NCBI RefSeq assembly: GCF_030028105.1
Contig: NC_092379.1
Coordinates: 16,504,719-16,568,718 of the forward strand
DNA: 64,000 nt
DNA from: Mobula birostris
Taxonomy: Eukaryota
Reading direction: 5' to 3'
In this document: positions 48,251-59,235 of the stretch, in pieces
Position numbering within the stretch: position 1 is the stretch's first letter
Layout of the letters: the number at the start of each line of letters is the position of its first letter
The notes under the pieces: model-generated
What the model was told of the DNA's origin: nothing
Seen by the model: only the letters and a program-made list of their open reading frames with translations
Database searches by the model: none
Position numbers and translations under genes: made by a program

Positions 48251-48562
48251 CAGCTTTTCTCTGGAACACACTGACGACGGGTGCGTCTCTGGAGACGTGC
48301 GTGACCAGGCAGTAGACGCTCCCGACCCGGTCCCACTCCGGGAGCGGGATGTGTATCTGACTGCTGGCGCTGTAGGTCCCGCTGCTGCTCCTGACGGGGC
48401 CGTCCTGCTCCGTGGGCAGGGAGTGCGATTTTCTGTCCACCATCCACCGGAAGGTGATGCTCTCGGGGTAGAACCCCACTGCCTTGCAGATGAGCGTCGC
48501 CCTCGCTGACCAGACCGCCCCCTCCTGGAAAGGGGCCTGCAGCCGCACGTCGGGAGACCGCA
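48251..48562 (-). CDS. Ig C1-set domain exon a (divergent from the b copies)
   Basis: Acceptor CCCTTCCCTCCAG and donor GTAAG. 312 nt, phase 1-1: RSPDVRLQAP...ATLICKAVGFYPESITFRW...SGTYSASSQI...EW...VYCLVTH. Confidence 0.9.
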
Positions 48563-51494
48563 CTGGAGGGAAGGGTCGGTGAGAGACAGAGAGAGCCAGG
48601 TCAGACGAGGCTCCTTGTGGGAAGCTCATCCGGAAGATTAAGGTGCATGGGATCCACGGTTCGGACTCAGAACTGGCCTGCCCACAGAAGACAGTGGCCT
48701 GGCCGGAGAGACGTAACTAGCGGTGTTCTGCAGGGACCCGCGCTGGGACAGCTGCTGTTTGCCATTTACGTAAATGTCCTGGGTGAAAACGTGGGTGGGT
48801 CAGTTGGCAAATTCACAGACGGCGCAAAGACTGGTGGTGGGTTTGGTCAATGTAGATCAGTTACAGGTATGGGCAGGGAAATGCCAGAAGGAGTTTAAGA
48901 ACGTTAAGAAATAGGAGCATTCAGCCCGTCGAGCCTGCCCCGCCATTCAATAAGATCATAGTTGATCTGACCACGGACTCATCTACACCTACCTGCCTTT
49001 TCCCCATAACCCTTAATTCCCCTACTATGCAAAATCTATCCAACCTTAATTATATTTACTGAGGTAGCCTCCACTGCTTCATTGGGCAGAGAATTCCACA
49101 GATTCACCACTCTCTGGGAAAAGCAGCTCCTCCTCATCTCCATTCTAAGTCTACTTCCCCGAATCTTGAGGCCATGTCCCCTGGTTCTAGTCTCACCTAC
49201 CAGTGGAAACAACTTTCCTGCCTGTATTTTCTCTATCCCTTTCATAATTTTCTATGTTTCTATAAGATCCCCTCCCATTCTTCTGAATTCCAGCGAGGAC
49301 AGTCCTGGGTGGCTCAATCTTGTCTCACAGTCTAGCCCCCTCATCTCTGGAATCAACCTGGTGAACCTCCTCTGAACTGCCTCCAAAGCCAATACATCCT
49401 CCCTCAAGTAAGGAGACCAGAACTGCACACAGTACTCCAAGTGTGGCCCCAGCTGTACCTTGTACAGTTGCAGCATAACCTCCCTACTCTTAAATTCAAT
49501 CCCTCTAGCAATGAAGGCCAACATTCCATTTGCCTTCTTGATAGCCTGCTGCACCTGCAAACCAACCTTTTGCGATTCATGCACAAACACTCCCAAGTCC
49601 CTCCGCACAGTGCCAGATATTGCACTTTGGGAAATCAACTGTAAAGCGGCAGTACACAGTTAATGGCCAGACATACAGAGGGACCCTGGGGTCCAAGTCC
49701 ACAGCTCCCTGAATGTGGTCGAGAAGGGTAAAGAAGGCAAGGGGCACGTCGAGACACTGAGTTCAAGAGTTGGGAAGTTGCGTAGCAGCTTCACAAACCT
49801 CTGGCTGAGGCCTCACCTGGAATATTGTGTGCAGTCGTGGCCGCCCCGTGACTGGAGGGATGTGGGGGCTTTGGAGAGGGTGTGGAAGGGGTGTATGGGG
49901 TGTCAGGGAGGGGTAGCACTTCTGGTGGGGGAACATGTCGTGTCCTTTTCAGGGCGGTTAGTCCACCTTTGGTCCCCACCCAGCACTCAGCTCTCACTTG
50001 TGGCTCCCCCGTAGCTGTTTGCATGCGACAGCGGCCACACCCCAGGCAACGTCTTCGACAAGCCGGCTAAACCAGGTGAGCGTAGCCGACGGGTCTCAAA
50101 CCCTCGGTGAGATAGGGAGTTGTCTATCCCAGCATGTGAAGACAGACTCCGGCGGATTGAGCGGACGAGACCAATGGGAGGTCCAACGGTCAAGAAGGCG
50201 GTCTCTGCAAGCGTCGTGGAACGTGTAGGGCAGGACAAGACACAGAAGACGTCCTGGTCATCCACTGAGCCTAGTCCCATCTCCAGCCGTCTAGACTCTG
50301 TCTTGCCACTGGACCCAGATGGGAATTGGGAAGAGAGAGTGAGGCTGACGCTGCGCAACTCTCCCTCACTTAAATCCAAATCACGCGCTAGTCTCAACAC
50401 CATCACCATCATCATCATCATAATGGTGTCGAGGTCCTCATCGACGTCAACGATGGACGAACAACAACCAACGGAAGAGGTTCACCGGAATACTGCCTGG
50501 ATTCGAGGGCAGAGGCTATAAGGAGACCTTTGGCTGGAAAAGCAGTGAGGTTGGGTGGGACCACAACCAGAGGTCATGGGGCTGAGGCTGAAAGGTGAGA
50601 TGTTTAAGGGGAGCGTGAGGAGGAACTTCTTCACTCAGAGGGCGGTGAGAGTGGTGAACGAGCTGCCAGCACAAGTGGTCCGCGTGAGCTCGATTTCAAT
50701 GCTTAAGAGAAGTCTTGATAGGTACGTGGATGGTAGGGGTATGGAGGGCTATGGACCCAGTGCATGGCGATGGGAGTAGGCTGTTTAGTATGGTTTTGGC
50801 ATGGACTAGATGGGCCGAATGGCCTGTTTCTGTGCTGTACTTTTCTACGACCCTATGACTTAGGTTGTTTTCTCTGGAGCAGCGGAGGCTGAGGGGAGAT
50901 TTGTTAAGAGGTTATGAAACAAGATATTAACCTGAAGCAACTCACACTAAAGCCTGGAGGAAGTAAGCAGGCCAAGATGTATCTATTCAGTGGGGTTAAA
51001 GAGCTGATGTTTTGGGCTGAGACCCTTCATCGGGACCGGGGGAGGGTGAAGAAATCACCGGAAGTGCGAGGTACCGATGCTAATGCCATCAGATTGGAGG
51101 CCTACCCAGACGCAATGCGAGGCATTGCCCCTCCAACCTACGTCTGACCTCACGGCGGCAGTAGGGGAGGCCGTGGACAGGTAGGTCGGTGTGGGAGAGG
51201 GAAGTGGAATTGAAGTGGGTTGCCTTTTGCAAATGTGCTCTACATTAACCCTAACTGTACGTCTATGAAGGTTCTCAATCATCCAGAACACTGTACATCG
51301 AACAGCAGTAAATGAAGGCACCTTGTGTTGTCTAGAAGACATTTCGCCACTCGTCTGAGAGGCTCCTTCAGTTCTGTCCCACGGTGGGTAGTTTTCCGGC
51401 TGATAAACTCTGTGAGTTGTTTAAAGGTGTGGCACTCACATGAGGGTCATTAAGAGTCGTAGTCTTATCCTTTGTATGAATGGAGGCTACTTAC

Positions 51495-51544
51495 AATGCA
51501 GTCCTAACATCTTCACCCCAGCGTCTCCACAACAGTTCACATCT
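51495..51544 (-). CDS. Candidate small exon (possible linker or hinge)
   Basis: GTCTTGAACAG acceptor and GTAAGT donor. Phase 2-1 reading DVNCCGDAGVKMLGLH is open and in frame with C1 exon a. Unsupported beyond splice signals and phase. Confidence 0.3.
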
Positions 51545-51549
51545 CTGTT

Positions 51550-52205
51550 CAAGACACACACTGTGAATGATGGGGAGTGTCGCGGGACAGAGGGACCTCG
51601 GTGTACAAGGCTAGGACACATTGTGAATGGTGGGGAGTGTCGAGGGACAGAGGGACCTCGGTGTACAAGGCTAGGACACACTGTGAATGGTGGGGAGTGT
51701 CGAGGGGCAGAGGGACTTTGCTGTACAAGGCTAGGACACATTGTGAATGGTGGGGAGTGTCGAGGGGCAGAGGGACCTCGGTGTACAAGGGTAGGACACA
51801 TTGTGAATGGTGGGGAGTGTCGAGGGACAGAGCGACCTCGGTGTACAAGGCTAGGGCACATTGTGAATGGTGGGGAGTGTCGAGGGACAGAGGGACCTCA
51901 GTGTACAAGGCTAGGACACACTGTGAATGGTGGGGAGTGTCGAGGGACAGAGGGACCTCGGCGTACAAGGCTAGGACACATTGTGAATGGTGGGGAGTGT
52001 CGAGGGACAGAGGGACCTCGGTGTACAAGGTTAGGACACATTGTGAATGGTGGGGAGTGTCGAGGGGCAGAGGGACCTCGGTGTACAAGGGTAGGACACA
52101 CTGTGAATGGTGGGGAGTGTCGAGGGGCAGAGGGACCTCGGTGTACAAGGGTAGGACACACTGTAAATGGTGGGGAGTGTCGCGGGACAGAGATCTCAGT
52201 GTACA
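51550..52205. repeat. 60-bp minisatellite (~11 units)
   Basis: Unit GGGACAGAGGGACCTCGGTGTACAAGGCTAGGACACATTGTGAATGGTGGGGAGTGTCGA. Confidence 0.95.
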
Positions 52206-53737
52206 AGGGCATGTTGGACTGGGCTGTAGAATTGTCATTTTTCTTGTAGTTTAACTTTCACGTTTGTATTTTTACATAATCGCCTATAAAAATGTGACGA
52301 CTGCTCATACCACTGAGATAGGGCTCCGGGCTGGAGAAAGTGAAACTGCCCCGGGGCGATGGTTTTCCACTTTAAAAGCTTTTCCGCACAGCTTCCTATC
52401 GTCATTGTGGAAAATGACGACAACTGACACATACATATGGTTGCTCATTGAGTTGTCTCTGTATTTTCTGGAAACTGGTGTTGCTTCCTCCGCCTCTGAC
52501 TCCTTTGCTCGTTCTCCAGCCGTGTTTCTTCCCTTGCTCTTGAGAAAACCACCGTAAGCAACACTTTTCATGCCTCATTCTTAACTTCTGAAGAACCCTT
52601 GGGTGCAAACGCATCAGGGTCCAACAGCTTGGCATGGGCAAAGACTGAAGGACGTGGAAGAATCCCAGAGGAAGGGGAAAGTTTTAGCCTGCGCAAGACC
52701 ATCCTCCTTATTTGTCTGATCGTCAGAGAAATCGCCTAGTTTTCGCTTCAATACCCCATCTAAAGAAAGTTTAAGAGTGAAGGAAAAGTCTGTAGTACTT
52801 TAGTCTTATAAAGTTAACTGTGCATAAAAAATACTTGTGGTTGCAATTTATTGACCCTTCATTTGGAAACTATTGAGAGTCTCTCTCTCTTTTGATGATG
52901 TTGAAAGATGTTACAGGAAGTTCTGTGTTTATAGGTTTGGACTATCTCGTGGTTTTTATATCCTTTGTTGTCACTTGTTTGTCGTCGTTTTCTTGAGTGG
53001 GGGAGGGGATTTGGGTGCTGATGTTCTTGTTGTGTTTTGTGCAGGAAGGGAGTTTAGGGGTGGAATTAATTATCGTGTTGACATTCCTTTTGTGTGCGTG
53101 GTGGCGGGGGCGGGGGGAGGTTGCTGTTTCCCTTTGAACTGACTTCCATGGTTTTCGTTGTCTTGTGGCTATCTGGAGAAGACGATCTCAGAGTTGTATC
53201 ACCGCTACCGAAGCTCCAGTTGTTACGCGATGACTGAGGTCTTGCCTAAACAAAGTATTTTGATTTTGCAAGATTAATGAAGCAATCAGAATAAAATACA
53301 CCAATCACGTTGTGTCTAATGAAATGCAGCTGCTTCACGAAAAGTATGGGGTAAGATTCAGAGAGGGGAAAAGAAAATTGCAGGGACATTAGCACTTAAA
53401 TAAACGTGCACTTAAATAAACGTGCAGCTACTGAGTTGGAAAATCCGATATGCGGGTTAATGGAAATAGAGAGAAAAAATTAACTACCTGAACTAATTAC
53501 CTCTCCAGTCAGTGCTGCCCTCCAGTGTTCAAGCTGTGGAATGACAGGCTGGATTGCTGGAAACTTTACCATCAATTTGTGGGACATGCCGTTCAGAGTC
53601 TTGGACTATATATATATATATCTGTTTTTTTTTTGTGTGACTGTTTTTTTCCCTCTCTGTTTTGAATGTGTTGTGTATGTTTTGCACCTTGGCCCCCAGA
53701 AGAACGCTGTTTCATTCGGCTGTAACTATATATAGTT

Positions 53738-54255
53738 GGACGATGCTGAGGATGTTCTACGAGTCTGTGGTGGCCAGTGATATCATGTTTGCTGTTGTGT
53801 GCTGGGGCAGCAGGCTGAGGGCAGCAGACACCAACAGAATCAACAAACTCATTCGTAAGGCCAGTGATGTTGTGGGGATGGAACTGGACTCTCTCACGGT
53901 GGTGTCTGAAAAGAGGATGCTGTCCAAGTTGCATGCCATCTTGGACAATGTCTCCCATCCACTACATAATGTACTGGGTGGGCACAGGAGTACATTCAGC
54001 CAGCGACTCATTCCACCGAGATACAGCACAGAGCGTCATAGGAAGTCATTCCTGCCTGTGGCCATCAAACTTTACAACTCCTCTCTTGGAGGGTCAGGCA
54101 CCTTGAACCAATAGGCTGGTCCTGGATTTATTTCCTGGCATAATTTACATATTACTATTTAACTATTTATGGTTTTATTACTATTTAATTATTTAAGGTG
54201 CAACTGTAACAAAAACCAATTTCCCCCAGGATCAATGAAGTATGACTATGACTAT
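53738..54255 (+). mobile_element. Rex1/Babar-type LINE 3' fragment
   Basis: Encodes FYESVVAS...HRSTFSQRLIPPRYSTERHRKSFLPVAIKLYN with a (TATGAC)n tail. It is nearly identical to 57905-58420. Confidence 0.75.
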
Positions 54256-54369
54256 GTTAAATAAACCTGGTTTGATTGCGAGGAAAAGGAGACGGGTGAT
54301 AAACAATGAAAGCAGTAAGACAGAGATGGTATAAAGTGTAAAGAGCAAATCTCTGTGTTAACTGAGTGA

Positions 54370-55400
54370 GTGAACTGCTCAACTGAACCACTCCGATTTG
54401 CCTACAGGAACAACAGGTCCACAGCAGGTGCCACCCCATTGGCTTTTTGCTCAACCCTGGAACATCCGGACGGCAAAGATCCAAAACATCAGGATGCCCT
54501 TTCTCGACTACAGCTCAGCATTCAATACCATCATCCCCTCCAAACTAATCAATAAGTTCCAAGACCTTGGCCTCAATACCTCCTTTTGCATTTGGATCCC
54601 AGATTTCCTCACTTGTGGAACACATTCAGTTGGGATTGGCAACAACGTCTCCTCCACGGTCTCCACCAGCACAGGCGCACCACAGGGCTGTGTGCTTGGC
54701 CCCCTGCTCGACTCGCTTTACACCTAGGACTGTGAGGCCAAGCACAGCGCCAAGGCCATGTTCAAGTTTGCTGATGACACCGCGGTCGCGGTGGTGACAA
54801 ATCAGCGTGTAGGAGGGAGATTGAGCGGTGTCATAAAAATGACCTCTTGCTCAGTGTCAGCAACACCAAGGAGCTGATTATTGACTTCGGGAGGGGGAAA
54901 CCAGAGGTCCATAAGCCAGTCCTCATCGGAGGATCAGAGGCAACTTGGAATTCCTCGGTGATATCATTTCAGGGTCCAGCACGCAAGTGCAATTGCAACG
55001 AAAGCATGGCAGTGCCTCTACTTCCTCAGGAGTTTGTGGAGATTTGACATGACATCTAAAACTTTGACAGACTTCTAGAGATGTGTGGTGGGGAATCTAA
55101 TGCTTGGCTGCATCACAGCCTAGTATGGAAACACCACTGCCCCGAACGGAAAATCCTGCGAAAAGTAGTTGATATGGCCCCGTCCATCGTGGGTAAAGCC
55201 CTCCCCACTAATGAGCACGTCTATATGAAGTTTTGTCACAGGAAAGCAGCATCCATCATCAGAGACCCCCACCGTCCAGGTCCTGCTCTCTTCCCGCTGC
55301 TGCCATCAGGAAGAAGGTACAGGAGCCTCAGGGCTCACACCACCAGGTTCAGCAACGTTGGGCTCTTGAACAAAGCGGGTAACTTCACTCAATTTCACTT
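54370..55400 (+). mobile_element. Degenerate Rex1/Babar-type RT
   Basis: [37 protein letters not shown] and FKFADD. Confidence 0.8.
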
Positions 55401-57394
55401 GCCCTGTCGTTGAAATGTACCCGCAACCAACGGACTCACTTTCAAGGACTCTTCGTCTCATGTTCTCGATAGTTCTTCCTTTATTTATTTGCATTATTGC
55501 TTCTTTTTTTTTGCACTTGGTGACTTCTGCACTCTGGTTGAAAGTCCGAGTTCGGCAGATCCGCCATGGATCCTGTTAGAGTTACTATTGTGTAGATTTG
55601 TTGAGTATGTCCACAGGAGAATTAACCTCAGGGTTGTATATGATGTCATGTATGTACTTTCATCATAAAACTTACTTTGAACTTTGTAAGTGGAAAAAAC
55701 AACATAATAAGTGTAATCAAGTTGAAGTGCTTTGCATAGAGCTTCAAAGTAAACAGAAATGGTATCTAAGGACCCAGCAGGGACCTCAGGTGGCTCTTCC
55801 TCGGAAAAAACACCCTCTCCAAGGCAGCGCCACCATCCAGTCTCTGAGGAATTACGGGTTAGACATTTCACGGACTCCAAGGTGCCCTCTAGTGGCTCAC
55901 GTCAGGGTTGGCAGCCATGACACAACTTGCCCCAAAAGAGACACAGAACCAGAGGCTGAAAGGAGATGGATGTTCTTTCATCAACCACCTCAGCTGGAAA
56001 ATATTGATAAATGGTCCAAAGAAGTTTCCCACATCCTAAAAAGAGGAAGTTTAAGTCCATAAGACATAGAGTCAGAATCAGGCCATTTGGCTCATCGAGT
56101 CTGGATTGCAATAACTCAATGTATAATAATTTTGAAAACTTGGGCTTAATTTCAACATATTAAGAACATATATAAATTGCACCCATACGACGGCATCCAA
56201 ACTCTGGGAACAATGTTGGCTTACATCTGGCAGCTCTTGGGCTGTATTCCCTGGAGTTCAGGAGAATGAGGGGGGATCTCATCGAAACATTCCAAATGTT
56301 AAAAGGCCTGAACAGATTAGATATGGCACAGTTATTTCCCATGGTAGGGGAGTCTAGGACAAGAGGGCATGACTTCAGGATTGAAGGACGTTCTTTTAGA
56401 ACTGAGATGCAGAGAAATTACTTTAGTCAGAGGGTGGTAAATCTGTGGAATTTGTTGCCACGAGCGGTTGTGGAGGACAAGTCAAGTCACTTTTTATTGT
56501 CATTTCGACCATAACTGCTGGTACAGTACACAGTAAAAACGAGACAACGTTTTTCAGGACCATGGTGCTACATGAACAATACAAAAACTACACTGAACTA
56601 CGTAAAACAACACAAAACTACACTAGACTACAGACCTACCCAGGACTGCATAAAGTGCACAAAACAGTGCAGGCATTACAATAAATAATACACAAGACAA
56701 TAGGCACAGTAGAGGGCAGTTGGTTGGTGTCAGTCCAGGCTCTGGGTATTGAGGAGTCTGATGACTTGGGGAAAGAAACTGTTACATAGTCTGGTCGTGA
56801 GAGCCCGAATGCTTCGGTGCCTTTTGCCAGATGGCAGGAGGGAGACGAGTTTGTATGAAGGGTGCGTGTGGTCCTTCATAATGCTGTTTGCTTTACGGAT
56901 GCAGCGTGTGGTGTAAATGTCTCTAATGGCAGGAGGAGAGAACCCGATGATTTAAGGCAGAGATAGATAGGTTCTTGATTAGCCAGGGCATCAAAGGGTA
57001 TGGGGTGAAAGCAGGGGATTGGGGATGACTGGAAGAATTGGATCAGCCCATGATTGAATGGCGGAGCAGACTCAATGGGCTGAATGTCTACTTCTGCTCC
57101 TGTATCTTATGGTTTTATGGCTTCTCAGCAAGTCAGACGGTTGTCATGTTGAGTAGACGACCATACAGGACATGATAAACAGAACCTACAAGGTGGTTGG
57201 GATGTTATTGGAAGAACAGTCTCCAATGCAGACTGATCGGAGGAATGGGGTTGACTGCAAGCAAACAGTTTCTGATGATGAGGAAAGTTACCGGACAGTG
57301 TGGTTAAGTTATCCAGGGACTTTGGGAATAAACGACAATAACAGGGAGGAATCTAGGTATTGTCAGTTTGCAACAAGATATTGCCAGAATGGTG

Positions 57395-58420
57395 AAGCTG
57401 ACACATTGAATTGGAGTGAAGCTGGTGTTCCTCGTGGTGGGTTACAGAAAGCCTGTAGGGATGTTGAAGTCCAAGGAAGCTGGTGCTCCACAGGGGACTG
57501 TCTTGTCTCCCTTTCTCTTCACCATTTACACCTCGGACTTCAACTACTGCACAGAGTCTTGTCATCTTCAGAAGTTTTCTGATGACTCTGCCATAGTTGG
57601 ATGCATCGGCAAGGGAGATAAGGCTGAGTACAGGGCTACAGTAGGAAACTTTGTCACATGGTGTGAGCAGAATTATCTGCAGCTTAATGTGAAAAAGACT
57701 AAGGAGCTGGTGGTAGACCTGAGGAGAGCTAAGGTACCGGTGACCCCTGTTTCCATCCAGGGGGTCAGTGTGGACATGGTGGAGGATTACAAATACAAAT
57801 TGACAATAAACTGGACTGGTCTAAGAACACTGAGGCTGTCTACAAGAAGGGGCAGAGCCGTCTATTTCCTGAGGAGACTGAGGTCCTTTAACATCTGCCG
57901 GACGATGCTGAGGATGTTCTGAGTCTATGGTGGCCAGTGCTATCATGTTTGCTGTTGTGAGCTGGGGCAGCAGGCTGAGGGTAGCAGACACCAACAGAAT
58001 CAGCAAACTCATTCGTAAGGCCAGTGATGTTGTGGGGATGGAACTGGACTCTCTGACGGTGGTGTCTGAAAAGAGGATGCTGTCCAAGTTGCATGTCATC
58101 TTGGACAATGTCTCCCATCCACTACATAATGTACTGGGTGGGCACAGGAGTACATTCAGCCAGAGACTCATTCCACCGAGATGCAGCACAGAGCGTCATA
58201 GGAAGTCATTCCTGCCTGTGGCCATCAAACTTTACAACTCCTCCCTTGGAGGGGCAGACACCCTGAGCCAATAGGCTGGTCCTGGACTCATTTCCTGGTA
58301 TAATTTACATATTACTATTTAACTATTTATGGTGTTATTACTATTTATTATTTATGGTGCAACTGTAATGAAAACCAATTTCCCCCAGGATCAATAAAGT
58401 ATGACTATGACTATGACTAA
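57395..58420 (+). mobile_element. Rex1/Babar-type LINE 3' half
   Basis: GAPQGTVLSPFLFTIYTSD, KFSDDSAIVG and LQLNVKKTKELVVD, ending in (TATGAC)3. Confidence 0.8.
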
Positions 58421-58641
58421 GATCATTTACAGGAGGGGTCAGTTAACCCATCGATCAGTGGCCAGCAGCTATTGCTCGCTATCACACAGCCACGGCAACT
58501 GCAGGTAAGCCAGCAGGCAACGACGGTTAACCTACAGGACTGGAATTTGCGGCGTGTGCTGCGGCAACCTCAGTCTGTGCTGCCCCAGCCGAAACCAAAC
58601 CACCAATGCAAGGGTTCCCAACCACGGACCCCTACCCTCAC

Positions 58642-58675
58642 TGCCAGCCGGTATCGGCACCAGACTTCGAGGCGA
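58642..58675 (-). CDS. Candidate micro-exon
   Basis: CTCTGTCCTCAACAG acceptor and GTGAGG donor. 34 nt; the phase 1-2 reading ASKSGADTGW(Q) is compatible with the 51495-51544 candidate. Confidence 0.2.
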
Positions 58676-58679
58676 CTGT

Positions 58680-59235
58680 TGAGGACAGAGCGTCCTCTGT
58701 GTTCAAGGGTAGGACACACACACTGTGAATGGTGGGGAGTGTCGAGGGACAGAGCGTCCTCGGTGTATGAGGGTAGGACACACACACACTGTGAATGGTG
58801 GGGAGTGTCGAGGTGTCGAGGGACAGAGCGTCCTCGGTGTATGAGGGTAGGACACACACACACTGTGAATGGTGGGGAGTGTTGAGGTGTCGAGGGACAG
58901 AGGGACCTCAGTGTATGAGGGTAGGACACACACACACTGTGAATGGTGGGAAATGTTGAGGAACAGGGGGACCTCAGTGTATGAGGGTAGGACACACACA
59001 CACTGTGAATGGTGGGGAGTGTTGAGGGACAGGGGGACATCAGTGTATGAGGGTAGGACACACACACACTGTGAATGGTGGGGAGTGTTGAGGGACAGGG
59101 GGACATCAGTGTATGAGGGTAGGACACACACACACTGTGAATGGTGGGGAGTGTTGAGGGACAGGGGGACATCAGTGTATGAGGGTAGGACACACACACA
59201 CTGTGAATGGTGTGGTGTGCCCAGGAACAGAGGAC
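58680..59235. repeat. ~66-bp minisatellite related to the 51550-52205 array
   Basis: Unit GGGACAGAGGGACCTCAGTGTATGAGGGTAGGACACACACACACTGTGAATGGTGGGGAGTGTTGA. Confidence 0.95.

Noticed and set aside
35834-48562. Naming the gene IgW, IgNAR, IgM, TCR, SIRP or tapasin
   Set aside because: The TM lacks the full membrane-Ig motif and the TCR lysine, no V domain is seen, and no KKxx tail is present. Assignment needs phylogeny, so no symbol is given.
54209-54217. Perfect RSS nonamer ACAAAAACC
   Set aside because: No heptamer lies 12 or 23 bp away. It is a variant within a Rex1/Babar 3' UTR; the sister copy near 58368 reads ATGAAAACC.
51550-59235. CACTGTG/CACAGTG heptamers in the minisatellites as RSS
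   Set aside because: No nonamer at the proper spacing and no adjacent V/D/J coding segment.
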